DNA of 64,000 nt from Tubulanus polymorphus (taxonomy: Eukaryota; Animalia; Nemertea). Both the position numbers and the translations under genes were made by a program. The notes below the pieces were generated by a model, which saw nothing but the letters and a program-made list of their open reading frames with translations, did not search any database and was not told the DNA's origin. The stretch covers positions 19,936,150 through 20,000,149 of the forward strand of contig NC_134026.1 in the NCBI RefSeq assembly GCF_964204645.1, written 5' to 3'. Of this stretch, positions 42,759 through 53,115 are shown piece after piece (within the stretch, counting starts at the first letter, position 1; every line of letters starts with the position of its first letter).

Positions 42759-42773
42759 AATAATAATAATAGC

Positions 42774-42851
<78 letters not shown>
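42759..42851. repeat. (AAT)n microsatellite
   Basis: ~31 AAT units with two interruptions. Confidence 0.97.
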
Positions 42852-42852
<1 letters not shown>

Positions 42853-43204
42853 TACAAACTGAGATCATCAAACATTGTCTGTTTTCAAAGAAATGGAACA
42901 ATATTCAAATGGAATTTGTATCTTAACTTGGAATCTGCCTTGAAAGCGTGTATCGATTTTTTTTTAAATCAGTACGTTGAAACTTGATGTGTAATCGGTT
43001 TGAATACTTCGAGTCTTATAACCTGGTACATTGATATCTAGTCAGCGTTAAGGTTCCGTGTGAGTCGATGTGCACTACTTAAATAGATTTCATAACTCTT
43101 ACTTCATTTTTGATAAATTTTAGTAGTAATCTTTGAAAGGATGTGCTCTACGTCATTAATACATCAGGGCTAGACTGGTCGCCGTAAATCCAATTCAATT
43201 ATCG

Positions 43205-46200
43205 ATATATTCAAATCCAAAATAACTTTATTGATCCTTGATATTACATAAACCATATCATATTATTTATCGTCGACAATATTAAGCAATATACGTGTTA
43301 TTTTTTAAGGCGTCAATACACTTTCAAATTATTTTCTTTTTTTTAAATACTAAAAAGAACTACTGCAGATTCCAAGTTGCGCACGTGATATACAAACATA
43401 AAGGAATACAATGCCAAGCCAAGAAGACAATCACGCTGATGATGACGATAACAGTTATAGTAATGATATCTATAATATGTATGATATAAAAGAAAAACAT
43501 ATAAATTAGACAATGGAAAATGTACAATAACAAAGTGATCATTATAGATAATATTCAATTAGTTTTTAATACACAATTTTTGATTGTTGCTGCTCAGAAA
43601 TCACAAATCATCAGAATATGATAATAATATTTTTTTCATTCACCGAGTAATTAGACCCTACAATCAAGAAAATTCATCATTCGATTTAATAAATAATATA
43701 TATACTTCATATATGCACCGTTTAAAAAGTATTGATTACAAAAACACAAGTTATATGATTTTTCATGAGTGTATAATTTTTTCTGAATATCTTTTCGATT
43801 CTCTCTAAATCAAAAAACGATTTCTTTAACAGTTTCAGTTCTTAAAAATCCAGTTGCGACGATTGGAGAATTCGTCGGAAAGAAAATATAGATTTCTTGA
43901 ATTACAAATCCCTAGAAAATAATGTTTTCTCAGAAAATTTTACGTTGAATTTTACATTTTTCGCATAAATATACAAGCAATCCGCTGAACACAAGCTGAA
44001 CACAAGCCGGTCATTCTTAAGTACATCATGAACACAATGAGTGGCGGAAGAAAAAGTCTGGCTATAGTCCAGAATATCAAAATATGAATCTTGTTTTGAA
44101 AATAACGTTTACGAAATAAAAACGCCTTTTTAGAAATGATATATTATCAAAACAATTCGTCAGTATTGTAGAAAAAGGATTCGATTCCATTTTTTTCCGA
44201 AACCCTTTTTGATTTTGTTGATTAGGTTCAAATACGAATTTATAGAAAGAGATAAAATTTTCAGATTCTGTGACATATTCCTCAGTGACTTTTTATCTAT
44301 GGTCGATGATCTACACAGCGCTACAAACAACAAAGGTAGAGGGGGCACACAACGGACATAACGAGTAACTTCAAAATAAACTTTTGCCTTCACGATGAAC
44401 TTTTCTCATCGGAAAAGGTTGTGCGTAAATATTCGCATATAGCATTCCCACGTAATCGGGTTGTTCAGTGTGAAACACCAAATATGTCTTTCACATCTCA
44501 CACAGTCATGTTCTCCGTGTTCGGGAATTTGAGATCATTGGAAAACTATTACATCAACGGTCAAAGTGATCCAAAAACTAAATTTCTGAATGTCAAAATT
44601 TTCGATGCTCTTCAATTCAACTATCAGTTCAGGCCCGTGCCGAGGGGGGTTCGGGGGTAGCGAACAAACACCCTAAAATTTGGCCCATCAAAAAGTCAGC
44701 GTCAAAAATTTGGGTCACGATTTTTGGATACAATGTTCATGTTTTTCCGCCTTTAAACCCATTCTTAAATGATTTATCCAGGTACCCAGACTTTGAGTGT
44801 TCAATAGGAAAGCGTCCCTTTTTACGATGGTGAAAAAGTGTCCTTTTTCTTGAAATATAACTGCCCCTTAAAAAAAGCTCGGCAAGAGCCTGTGCTGTTT
44901 TGCAATAAAGAAGAATCTTACGCGCATGTTCACAGTATTCAACGAGAGTTTCCTACACAGACTACCATATTTTCTATGAAATTAGAAGAATAAATACGAG
45001 TAATTTATCTCAATAGTTAACACAAGAGTTAAAGAATATAAGTTTATATGTATGTAATATGTATATACAGAAAAATATCGACGAAAAGAATATCTATAAC
45101 TTACGTTAAAAATCTACCCTACGCCATTTCAGGTATAATCGGCATACAAAGTCAGAACAAAAAAATAAATCAATAAATGAGGTATTCATGTTTTTAACTT
45201 AATAATACAAATCAATCATTAAAAAACGTACGAATTAGTGCTAATTTAATTAAGTACGCGTCATTTCACCCCCGACGACGAATTAGAAAAGCGACGATTT
45301 GAAAGAAGAAAAAAAATAGAAAATCATTTTGAACTTCTTTTTCGTTATCCTAACAGTAGGAGGATATAGTTCGGGATTTCAACCCAATCAAAATAGATGC
45401 TTAATTGTCGGATTTTCCACTTACGCAGCTTAAGTGAACGAAAATTAGATTTAGAAACAACTAAACGAAAATGGAACAAATACGAAAATTTGATCTTCGA
45501 AGCGGGTGGAATAGTGCTAGAATTTCCACGAACAACTACGCGTAACAAATCCCGAAAATATGTAAATAAAAAAAAAACGAAACTCGGTATATATGTGTGA
45601 AAAGAAATTTGTAGATTTCTTCAATGAAGTGTTTGTAAAATTTAGTTCACCGGTGTGACGGCTGCTCGAGGAGCTGGCTGGCAAAGTTACAGATAGATAG
45701 ATTCTTTTGTGGTTATTGCACCCGGCAATAATGATAGAATATTTTATCAAGCGCATATCTGGGTGTTGACTTTCAAAACGGTATCCCCAATATCAACTAT
45801 TAGCGCGCGTTATGTTTTGATACATATATATATGTATATATATACCATGTGACTCGCGTACTCTTAGATTATTTGTTCTTATGTACTAATTATCTTATGT
45901 AGAAATCCCTTCAATAGTCATCTTTCTTCTATCACATACATTCGAATTCACTAAGAGAACAAAAACCTAACGACGGCCTGTGCCATCGAACCGAAAACAT
46001 AGTTCTCACATACGTGCATCTCCTGTACTTTCTCGCGCCTTAGCAATGACTCAAGCCATCGGTCGAAGGGATTAACGAAAAAAAAAAAACGTTTTCTAGG
46101 TAATGTTAGGATTTTGAGGTTTATCCATAAGCATTCAAATGCACACCTGGTAACCACTTACCTTCGGTAAAACACAAAATCCCCAGTACGAACATATTTA

Positions 46201-47067
46201 GTTCTCCCATATAGTTAATGTGCTGACTGAAGTATTTTCGTTGTTTAGATACATATATGCAAGAATGTGGTCTGTACAAAGATCAAGAGGTTGCATGTAT
46301 ACGTATATTGAAACGTAGCCTTTAGATATAGCATCTATTTTCTGTAATCTAAATTCAAGCCATTAATATACATTTATTGAGTTCACGGTTTTTTACGGTG
46401 TATGCAAAAACTATGCAAAAACTACCAAAAGAAAAAATTCTCTCAAATCCTTTTTCTAGATATTATCCACAGTTGTAACATTATTAGATGTTTCGCAGTT
46501 CCAGAAGTGCCGGGATACAGTTTTGCGGAGAGTTAGCTGAAGTTTCCGGGGGAAGGCGCAGACACTAATTGCAAAAACAATACTTCTTCAGAGTCACGAA
46601 AAAATGTTCCATTTGATCGATTTCACGATATACACTTACATGACACCGCTTAAACGCACACAAGTTCGCGCAAATTACCATCGTCCGTACGCACAGTCAT
46701 AATCACGCCAAAAAAATACGACACTACACATTTCGCTAGACACAAAAATAGTATTGTCAGTTTTTTTTTTCAGTTATGAATCTTTGCGTTAGAATTCCAC
46801 GGCATATACATACATATATATGAACCCTGGGTTTCCGTTGAGTTTCGATTGAGTTTATGAATAACTAATTTGCTTGATGATGACACGACGAGGTAGATTT
46901 TTTAATGTTTTCTCTCTATCGTCTTCTCTCTGGGACTTCTCGATGATGCAACGTGACGTCACGAGACACCAGCTAATTCTCACAGACGACTTTCGGCTTG
47001 TGCCAGTCCACAAGGCGTAGTGGTCGTCAAAAATGATTCCGCTCACCAAAGTTCGCATCGTCAAAAC
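43205..47067 (-). other. Predicted long 3'UTR exon of the BH3-only gene (may extend to ~42320)
   Basis: U-rich on the minus strand; AATAAA at 43227-43232, alternatives at 42362-42367 and 42337-42342; several miRNA seed matches on this strand. Confidence 0.45.
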
Positions 47068-49972
47068 CTGAAATTGTACAAACATAATGTTTTTTTTTAA
47101 ATCAAGTTGGAATGAACGAATGAAATTATTTGCAAATCCAGGGTTTGATCTTTGCGCGCGTAACAGCCGGGATGCTGGCGACGGCAATTTGCTAATTTAT
47201 TGTTCGAACGGGTTTATTGTTGTTTGCGACTAAACCAATAATTGCTCGTCAAATTAAACCCTTTAGAATCACCTGCGCCACGTGCGAGCGTTGTGAAAAC
47301 ATCGCCGTGAGGACAAAAGGGATTATTGCAAAGTTAATACGTTTCTAATTACGGAAAGGACAATGGGAACCCACTTAAAGCGCCTTGATCAAAATGATGA
47401 TGATTCATTGAGAATTCTTTTCCTAAGTGGCAATGAATGCCATCGTATTTTTTCTAACAAGTGTCAGAATTTTTATCAACCACACACCACTGATCTAGGG
47501 TCGATTCTAGATCCGTTCGAAAGCGCTTTCAAATGGTTTTTATTTGCGACGTGCTCTGCGCATCTTAAAAAAAACATTTTATGTTTGATGTATTGTATGA
47601 ACTGTGCGTATGTGTGGTAGTTAGATGTAGCGGATATCTCGATTCCGAGAAGGGTTCAATCGGTCGTGTGTATATGCCTTACAACTCATTCGTCTGCGCG
47701 GATCGTCAAATCGATTTTCAATCTAAATTATGCATGTACCAGGAAGATGAGCCCCTGCGGATTACAGCTGATCGTAATTCTTCGACGGGAAAAGGCAAAA
47801 GGTCAAAAAATTTATTTACAACACCTAAGCCTTTCGGTTTGTAAACGACATTAAGTTGACAAGCGCGTGGGTGATATAGTCCGGTATAAACAAGATACTA
47901 TTTTTAGGTCTGTTGACCCCGGTTGAGAACAATTATGATATATTGTCTTATTTTGAGTTCAATGATTTAAATAAATTTAAATTTAAATAACGTTTAAAAA
48001 CGAAAGATATGTACGGTATTTTAGAAGCGGATCCAGAAGCCAATTTTGAAGGACTTGTCACATCCTAAAAGGGAACTTTGATATGCAAAAAGGTAATAAC
48101 GTACTCCTGAACGGAGGGGTTAATTTTGAAGAAATGTCAAGTCCCACAAAGGAACTTGTGTCCATAAATGTACCCATTATCTTTGATGGCAAAACGGAAT
48201 TGGAAAAATTGTTGGACTTGTACAAGTCTCATAAGTCTCCCTGGATCCGCCCGTGTTTATATTTGCAACGAACAAACTGTCAAAATGGATAAAATGATTA
48301 TATATAACTAAGCCTGTTATATTTAATGTAGTCATTAGCATCCGTGTGTGTTTCTATCAAGGCACGCGTGTGAATATGCTATTCTAGCCATATTAATGAC
48401 GCATTACGCAATATTTATATATATGTAGTCAAAGCAATTATCATTCCGGGTGCCAGAATGTTCGTCTTGATGACCGAACGAATGACTTCCGGGAATGACT
48501 TCGCTCGTGTAAGTTTGTAGTGCGCAACTCGTAACACCTTATTTCTGGTCATGGTTTAGAGTAAAAATTTGAATACATGGAACCAAAATCGTCTTATGCT
48601 GACTGGTCTTGTATCAGGGCCGTCCTAGCATTTGAATTTCGTGGGGGCGGGGGGGGGGTTTGAGGAACCCTCAGATTTATTTATTTCCGTTCGCAGCCAG
48701 AGCCCGGAAAAGGTCCGCATCTTTTAGTGCTGAAATTTTTTGAAAGCTATTTTATCGATTCAGTATTCGTTGAATAAATATCCGTTCTCATTTGAAACGC
48801 GTTTTTAAACCATAAATGGCCTAAATCTTCTGAACAGGGACGTCCCTGGTTGTCCGATAAATCAATTGAGGCTACGAGGTTAGTAATCACTTAAATCTAT
48901 CCACTTCAGAAATGAACAGCTACTTTACTCCTGCATTGCGTAATTACAAAACAAATTTGATTGTATCTTGAATAATCCCAGTGGATCTCCGGTCCCAAAG
49001 TCCCGTTCTAAAGTCTAGGTCACTCTAAAAGACGACCAGTTCTTGAATTGTTATAAAATCTGAACACTGGAAACGGACCATGGACTTCTAGTATACCTGC
49101 CAATATTTAGTTGGTCAAAACTATGTCCACTAAAACTGCACTTCCGAAGTCCCAATTCGAATTGATGCATGCAGCACAATGTACATATATTTGGCTTATA
49201 TTGATTGCAAAAATTGCCCAATCAATCCGTTTGATTAGCTGTTGTTGTTATCGTTCTACCTGATAACCCATACATGTCACGAAATAGAGATAAGATACGA
49301 TTTTTTTCGTGTGATTTCGCAACGCAGCAATTGCACGAAAAGACCTTTGCGAAAACGAACTTTATCTTTTGATAGATTTGGTGATTTGGGAGAAAAATTT
49401 GTTAATTATCGCATCTTTTATGTTTCATTTCCAATATCCACCATGTGGACCTCCGGTCCCAAAGTCCCGTTCTAAAGTCTAGGTCACTCTAAAAGACGAC
49501 CAGTTCTTGAATTGTTATAAAATCTGAACACTGGAAACGGACCATGGACTTCTAGTATACCTGCCAATATTTAGTTGGTCAAAACTATGTCCACTAAAAC
49601 TGCACTTCCGAAGTCCCAATTCGAATTGATGCATGCAGCACAATGTACATATATTTGGCTTATATTGATTGCAAAAATTGCCCAATCAATCCGTTTGATT
49701 AGCTGTTGTTGTTATCGTTCTACCTGATAACCCATACATGTCACGAAATAGAGATAAGATACGATTTTTTTCGTGTGATTTCGCAACGCAGCAATTGCAC
49801 GAAAAGACCTTTGCGAAAACGAACTTTATCTTTTGATAGATTTGGTGATTTGGGAGAAAAATTTGTTAATTATCGCATCTTTTATGTTTCATTTCCAATA
49901 TCCACCATGAGCCACTAGTATCTGAATTCGGTGTATCAAAACTCAAAATATATGTATATATTAAATTCTTAC
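47068..49972 (-). other. Predicted 3'UTR intron of the BH3-only gene
   Basis: TGA-AG|GTAAGA donor 2 nt after the stop (49972); candidate acceptor TTTGTACAATTTCAG|G at 47068. The donor is well supported, the acceptor is inferred. Confidence 0.55.
48981..49909. repeat. 464-bp near-perfect tandem duplication
   Basis: 48981-49444 repeats at 49445-49908; the identical spurious ORFs at 49242 and 49706 are 464 apart. Confidence 0.95.
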
Positions 49973-49974
49973 CT

Positions 49975-50352
49975 TCACAGTTTGTTGGTGAGCAGATAAT
50001 AGTATAAAGCAATTCTGCCGACTAGTTTAAGAGGGTGTAGAAGTTTCCAACCAATGCGTAAGACGATTTCCCTGGTAAGCATGGACAGAATGATTTTCCT
50101 ATTCAGCACGAGCGGTGCTAGTTTCCTGTTGACATCGATCTCGTCGCCGATCGCGCGCAGACGAGTAGCCAACATCCGAATTCTTACGAGTTCTCTGCTT
50201 TCCGAGTTCGGGCAAGTAGTATCCACGCCGCCGTTTGTCGTAGGAGCAGCATTGGTATCGTCTGTGGACGATATCGGAAGACTTAACAACAACATCGCAT
50301 CCTCCGTTTTCTCGTTTTGCAAACAGCCGTTCGGACGTGTTGGACGACACAT
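49975..50352 (-). CDS. BH3-only pro-apoptotic protein (BIM/EGL-1/HRK-like), 125 aa, single coding exon
   Basis: BH3 consensus L-A-x-x-L-R-x-I-G-D-E-I-D (aa 61-73, 50134-50172) after a low-complexity N-terminus; basic/hydrophobic C-terminal tail (KLVGRIALYYYLLTNKL); no BH1/BH2; ATG in AATC-ATG context with an in-frame TAG 12 nt upstream; promoter motifs upstream. Confidence 0.8.
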   Translation of the reverse strand: MCRPTRPNGCLQNEKTEDAMLLLSLPISSTDDTNAAPTTNGGVDTTCPNSESRELVRIRMLATRLRAIGDEIDVNRKLAPLVLNRKIILSMLTREIVLRIGWKLLHPLKLVGRIALYYYLLTNKL

Positions 50353-50409
50353 GATTAATGACTACGATGTCTAATACTCTCTGGTTGCTGGTTGTAAATC
50401 GTGTTTGCG

Positions 50410-50600
50410 TTTAAATCACTTTGCGATTCGAAGCTACTAAATATATGACCATGTTGATTATAATTCCCGGTATCATTTATTCTAGTGACCAGTATCCACG
50501 CGGTTTTGTTTTCCGATGTTTTGATTTCGCTAACGCGCGCACGTGGTTTCGCAGGACGGCGATTGGCTGGCGTATTTGTTGATGGATTGTGGCGCGCACC
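50410..50600 (-). promoter_or_regulatory. Proximal promoter of the BH3-only gene
   Basis: Minus strand: CCAGCCAATC (NF-Y/CCAAT, 50561-50570), E-box CACGTG (50540-50545), TATA-like CATATATTTAG (~50437-50447); CpG-rich context. Confidence 0.55.
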
Positions 50601-51859
50601 AGATATGGCATAATACCAAACTCAATGCGGCATCACTTGTTGGAACAATACGCGCGCGACGACGGCACCTGTAGTAACTAAAGCTAGTTATCAATACCCG
50701 CCTGCTCTCTGGTGGTTAATTACTAGAAATGTGCCGATATTCCCGGAACAGTGGCAACCGAGGTGGCTAGATGCCAGATCGAGTTTCCTAGCAGGCAAAT
50801 GATTCAGACCGACTCGGGGATTAGGAAACGACGACGCCGAGCTAAAGGGAATTTAGCAATTGATGTACCGAGTATACTCGCGCGAATTAAGACGAAGCGC
50901 CCGTTAGGAATGCACTCGATGCCGAAATTCACGGAGAAAATGCTTAATAGAATTAGTTATATTTTGAAACAATAGGCACCCTCGCGCACCCAGGTCACTG
51001 CGGAAATTTGTGATTGAAGCAAATACAGAGAAACGACAAGGCGGCGTTCGCAATTGGAGGCTTGTCTCTGGATTCCTTCATAGGGCTTTTCGTAAATTTC
51101 CGGGCCGGACTAATGGAAAACACTTGGAATCACCATTTGAGCGAAAGACCTCAGTTTAAAGATGTGTTTCTGTTTGGAACACGCTCACATTCCTGATAGT
51201 GCAGTTTCCCCGATGCTCCCGGCAGGTGTAGTCGCCAAGGGAATAAAATCAAATGAGTGATCTACCAATCAAATGAATAACAAGGTCAATCCCTATTCTA
51301 AGATCAAAAAAGATTTATGGTTTCAAAAGCTATCGAAAAATAGCGAATTTTGACAATTCACGCCGAGTCCATATTCCAACCAGTCCTATATTGGACTGAT
51401 GCTTTTAGTAATGTTTTGATACACTTGAAAAGAATTGTTTTTAATGAATCTGGAAATCACGGCCGTATCGGGCAGCGCGGGTCTGGAGCCGCACATTGAC
51501 GGCATTGCCATTAGGGCGGCCGTTGGATCGCCGTCGCAGCAGCCGGCTCCGTCCGTGAATTATAAATTCCAACTCAATTTTAATGGAAACCAGCCCAGAT
51601 GTTTCCAGTGATTTTTTTTATAATCAAAAAATTGATTAGAGTAAAAGAATATTACCGGAACCGACCCCCCGGACTGATCCATCGAGCTTGTGTCGATCAA
51701 ACTTGTGGAGCGGGGGCCCGATCCGCACTTTTCTGCGAAGAGTGGATGGAGAGTCCGTGATTCTTTGTTTTTAAAAAGTACATACAAAAGAATATAGAAA
51801 TTATATGGATATGGTAGATTTCTAATAGAAGTGCCGACGGTTTGAGTCCGATGGCAACG

Positions 51860-52160
51860 GCCGTGGCATTCCGGTAATTCCGCGAAAATTAAGAAAGCAC
51901 TGGATGGTGCTGCCACCACCAGCCCTCCCCACATTACTTATGTCCCTTATTCATATACGCGCGTACAATCCGCCAATTTCAATCAGGGACATTTACACTG
52001 ATAGTTATCAAGTACATAACACCTTAAATTATCCGAAGGAAGTCTTAATTCTATGAACTCATATTGATTAATTTTGTTTCTCGAACTTTTTAGTTGCCCC
52101 AAAAAAAAAATTTAGCAAGAAGTTGCTGTTTGTGTTTCATCAGTTCAGCCCAGGTCAGTT
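51860..52160 (+). promoter_or_regulatory. Probable DNA2 promoter with E2F-type sites
   Basis: TTCCGCGAAAA (~51878-51888) and ATCCGCCAATTTCAA (~51968-51982) resemble E2F/CHR elements; Inr-like TCAGTT (~52139) followed by CAG|GTCAGT donor; fits an S-phase gene. Confidence 0.4.
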
Positions 52161-53115
52161 AGTGTGATTAGCAGTTGTTAGCAGGTTAGTAACCTAATCG
52201 TTGGTGGTAAGCTTTTTATAATCGGATGGGCTTATACCAATACTTATGTCATTTGTGAAAATATCCGATCGTGTAACTAAACCACAGACAGGTTACTAAC
52301 TAAGTCTAAGTAGGCTTCATCATCATTATCTTGTATCTTGTCGTGTATCATAGTCTAATTCTGCTGGTATTCAGATGGACAGAAGTGGCTGTCGTGACTT
52401 TTTATGTCACATATGATCCGATTGTGAGATCATTTGGCTGCCAATTGGTTGCCGTATGTACTAACTAGTAGTAGTAGGGCCTACCTACAAGAAGCACACG
52501 ATCAACAACGTACTTTCTGCTGTGTCATTTTCACAATCAAGTAATTTTCCGTGTAACTTCTATTCTATTAATTATGGATTGTTAGTACTGCCGTATTGTT
52601 CCTGATATTTATTATTTTATCCCTTTCAATTTTGAATGGTGTCATAATATTTTTGATAGTATGTCTAAACTACTTGATTGTACAAAAACAAAACTGTTCT
52701 ATAGGCCTAGCATTATACTGAAAAATGAGGTTTTGAATTGATTTGATGCGTTGGAGTTTGGGGTCAGATCTTTCAATATCCCAGCCACTACCACATGGGC
52801 TCGTATTAGAAGTTTGGGGATGAACTATTGCTTAGATCATCCAATATCCGAGGTACTACCTATACCGCATATATACACTCCGAACAACGAGCCCCTGTGA
52901 TGTGAGACGGGTGTTGAGACGCTTCTGATCATTTGGTATTTGAATGGCTATAGCTTTCACTGTGGCTTTAATCTTCCCTAAAATTCACTTATGGCTTTTT
53001 TATACCGCTTTAGGCTGGATGAAATATGTCCCATGCCGTTGTATGGATTTCAAGCTTAAGAGATTATGATCCCAAAATAATGTGAGCCTAAGATTCTACA
53101 AACAATGAAAGCAAT

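Noticed and set aside
42453-42987. Poly-Ile and poly-Asn ORFs
   Set aside because: Translations of the (AAT)n microsatellite
44490-44590. bantam miRNA gene on the plus strand
   Set aside because: Neither flank gives a star arm complementary across the ~21-nt match, so no pre-miRNA hairpin; treated as a minus-strand target
46855-47187. 110-aa minus-strand ORF as a second coding exon
   Set aside because: Splicing from the BH3 exon follows a stop codon, and read-through meets another TGA two codons later
48051-48060. p53 half-site GGACTTGTCA in the BH3-only intron
   Set aside because: Imperfect single half-site inside a dispersed repeat; no full p53 element found by eye
49242-49918. Duplicated 70-77 aa ORFs
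   Set aside because: By-product of the 464-bp duplication; non-ATG starts, no protein features
50054-50374. 106-aa plus-strand ORF
   Set aside because: Antisense shadow of the BH3-only CDS
52425-52435. TGAGATCATTT, bantam-like 5' half
   Set aside because: No 3' similarity, only a short hairpin, and sense to the DNA2 5'UTR; it shows that seed-only matches arise by chance
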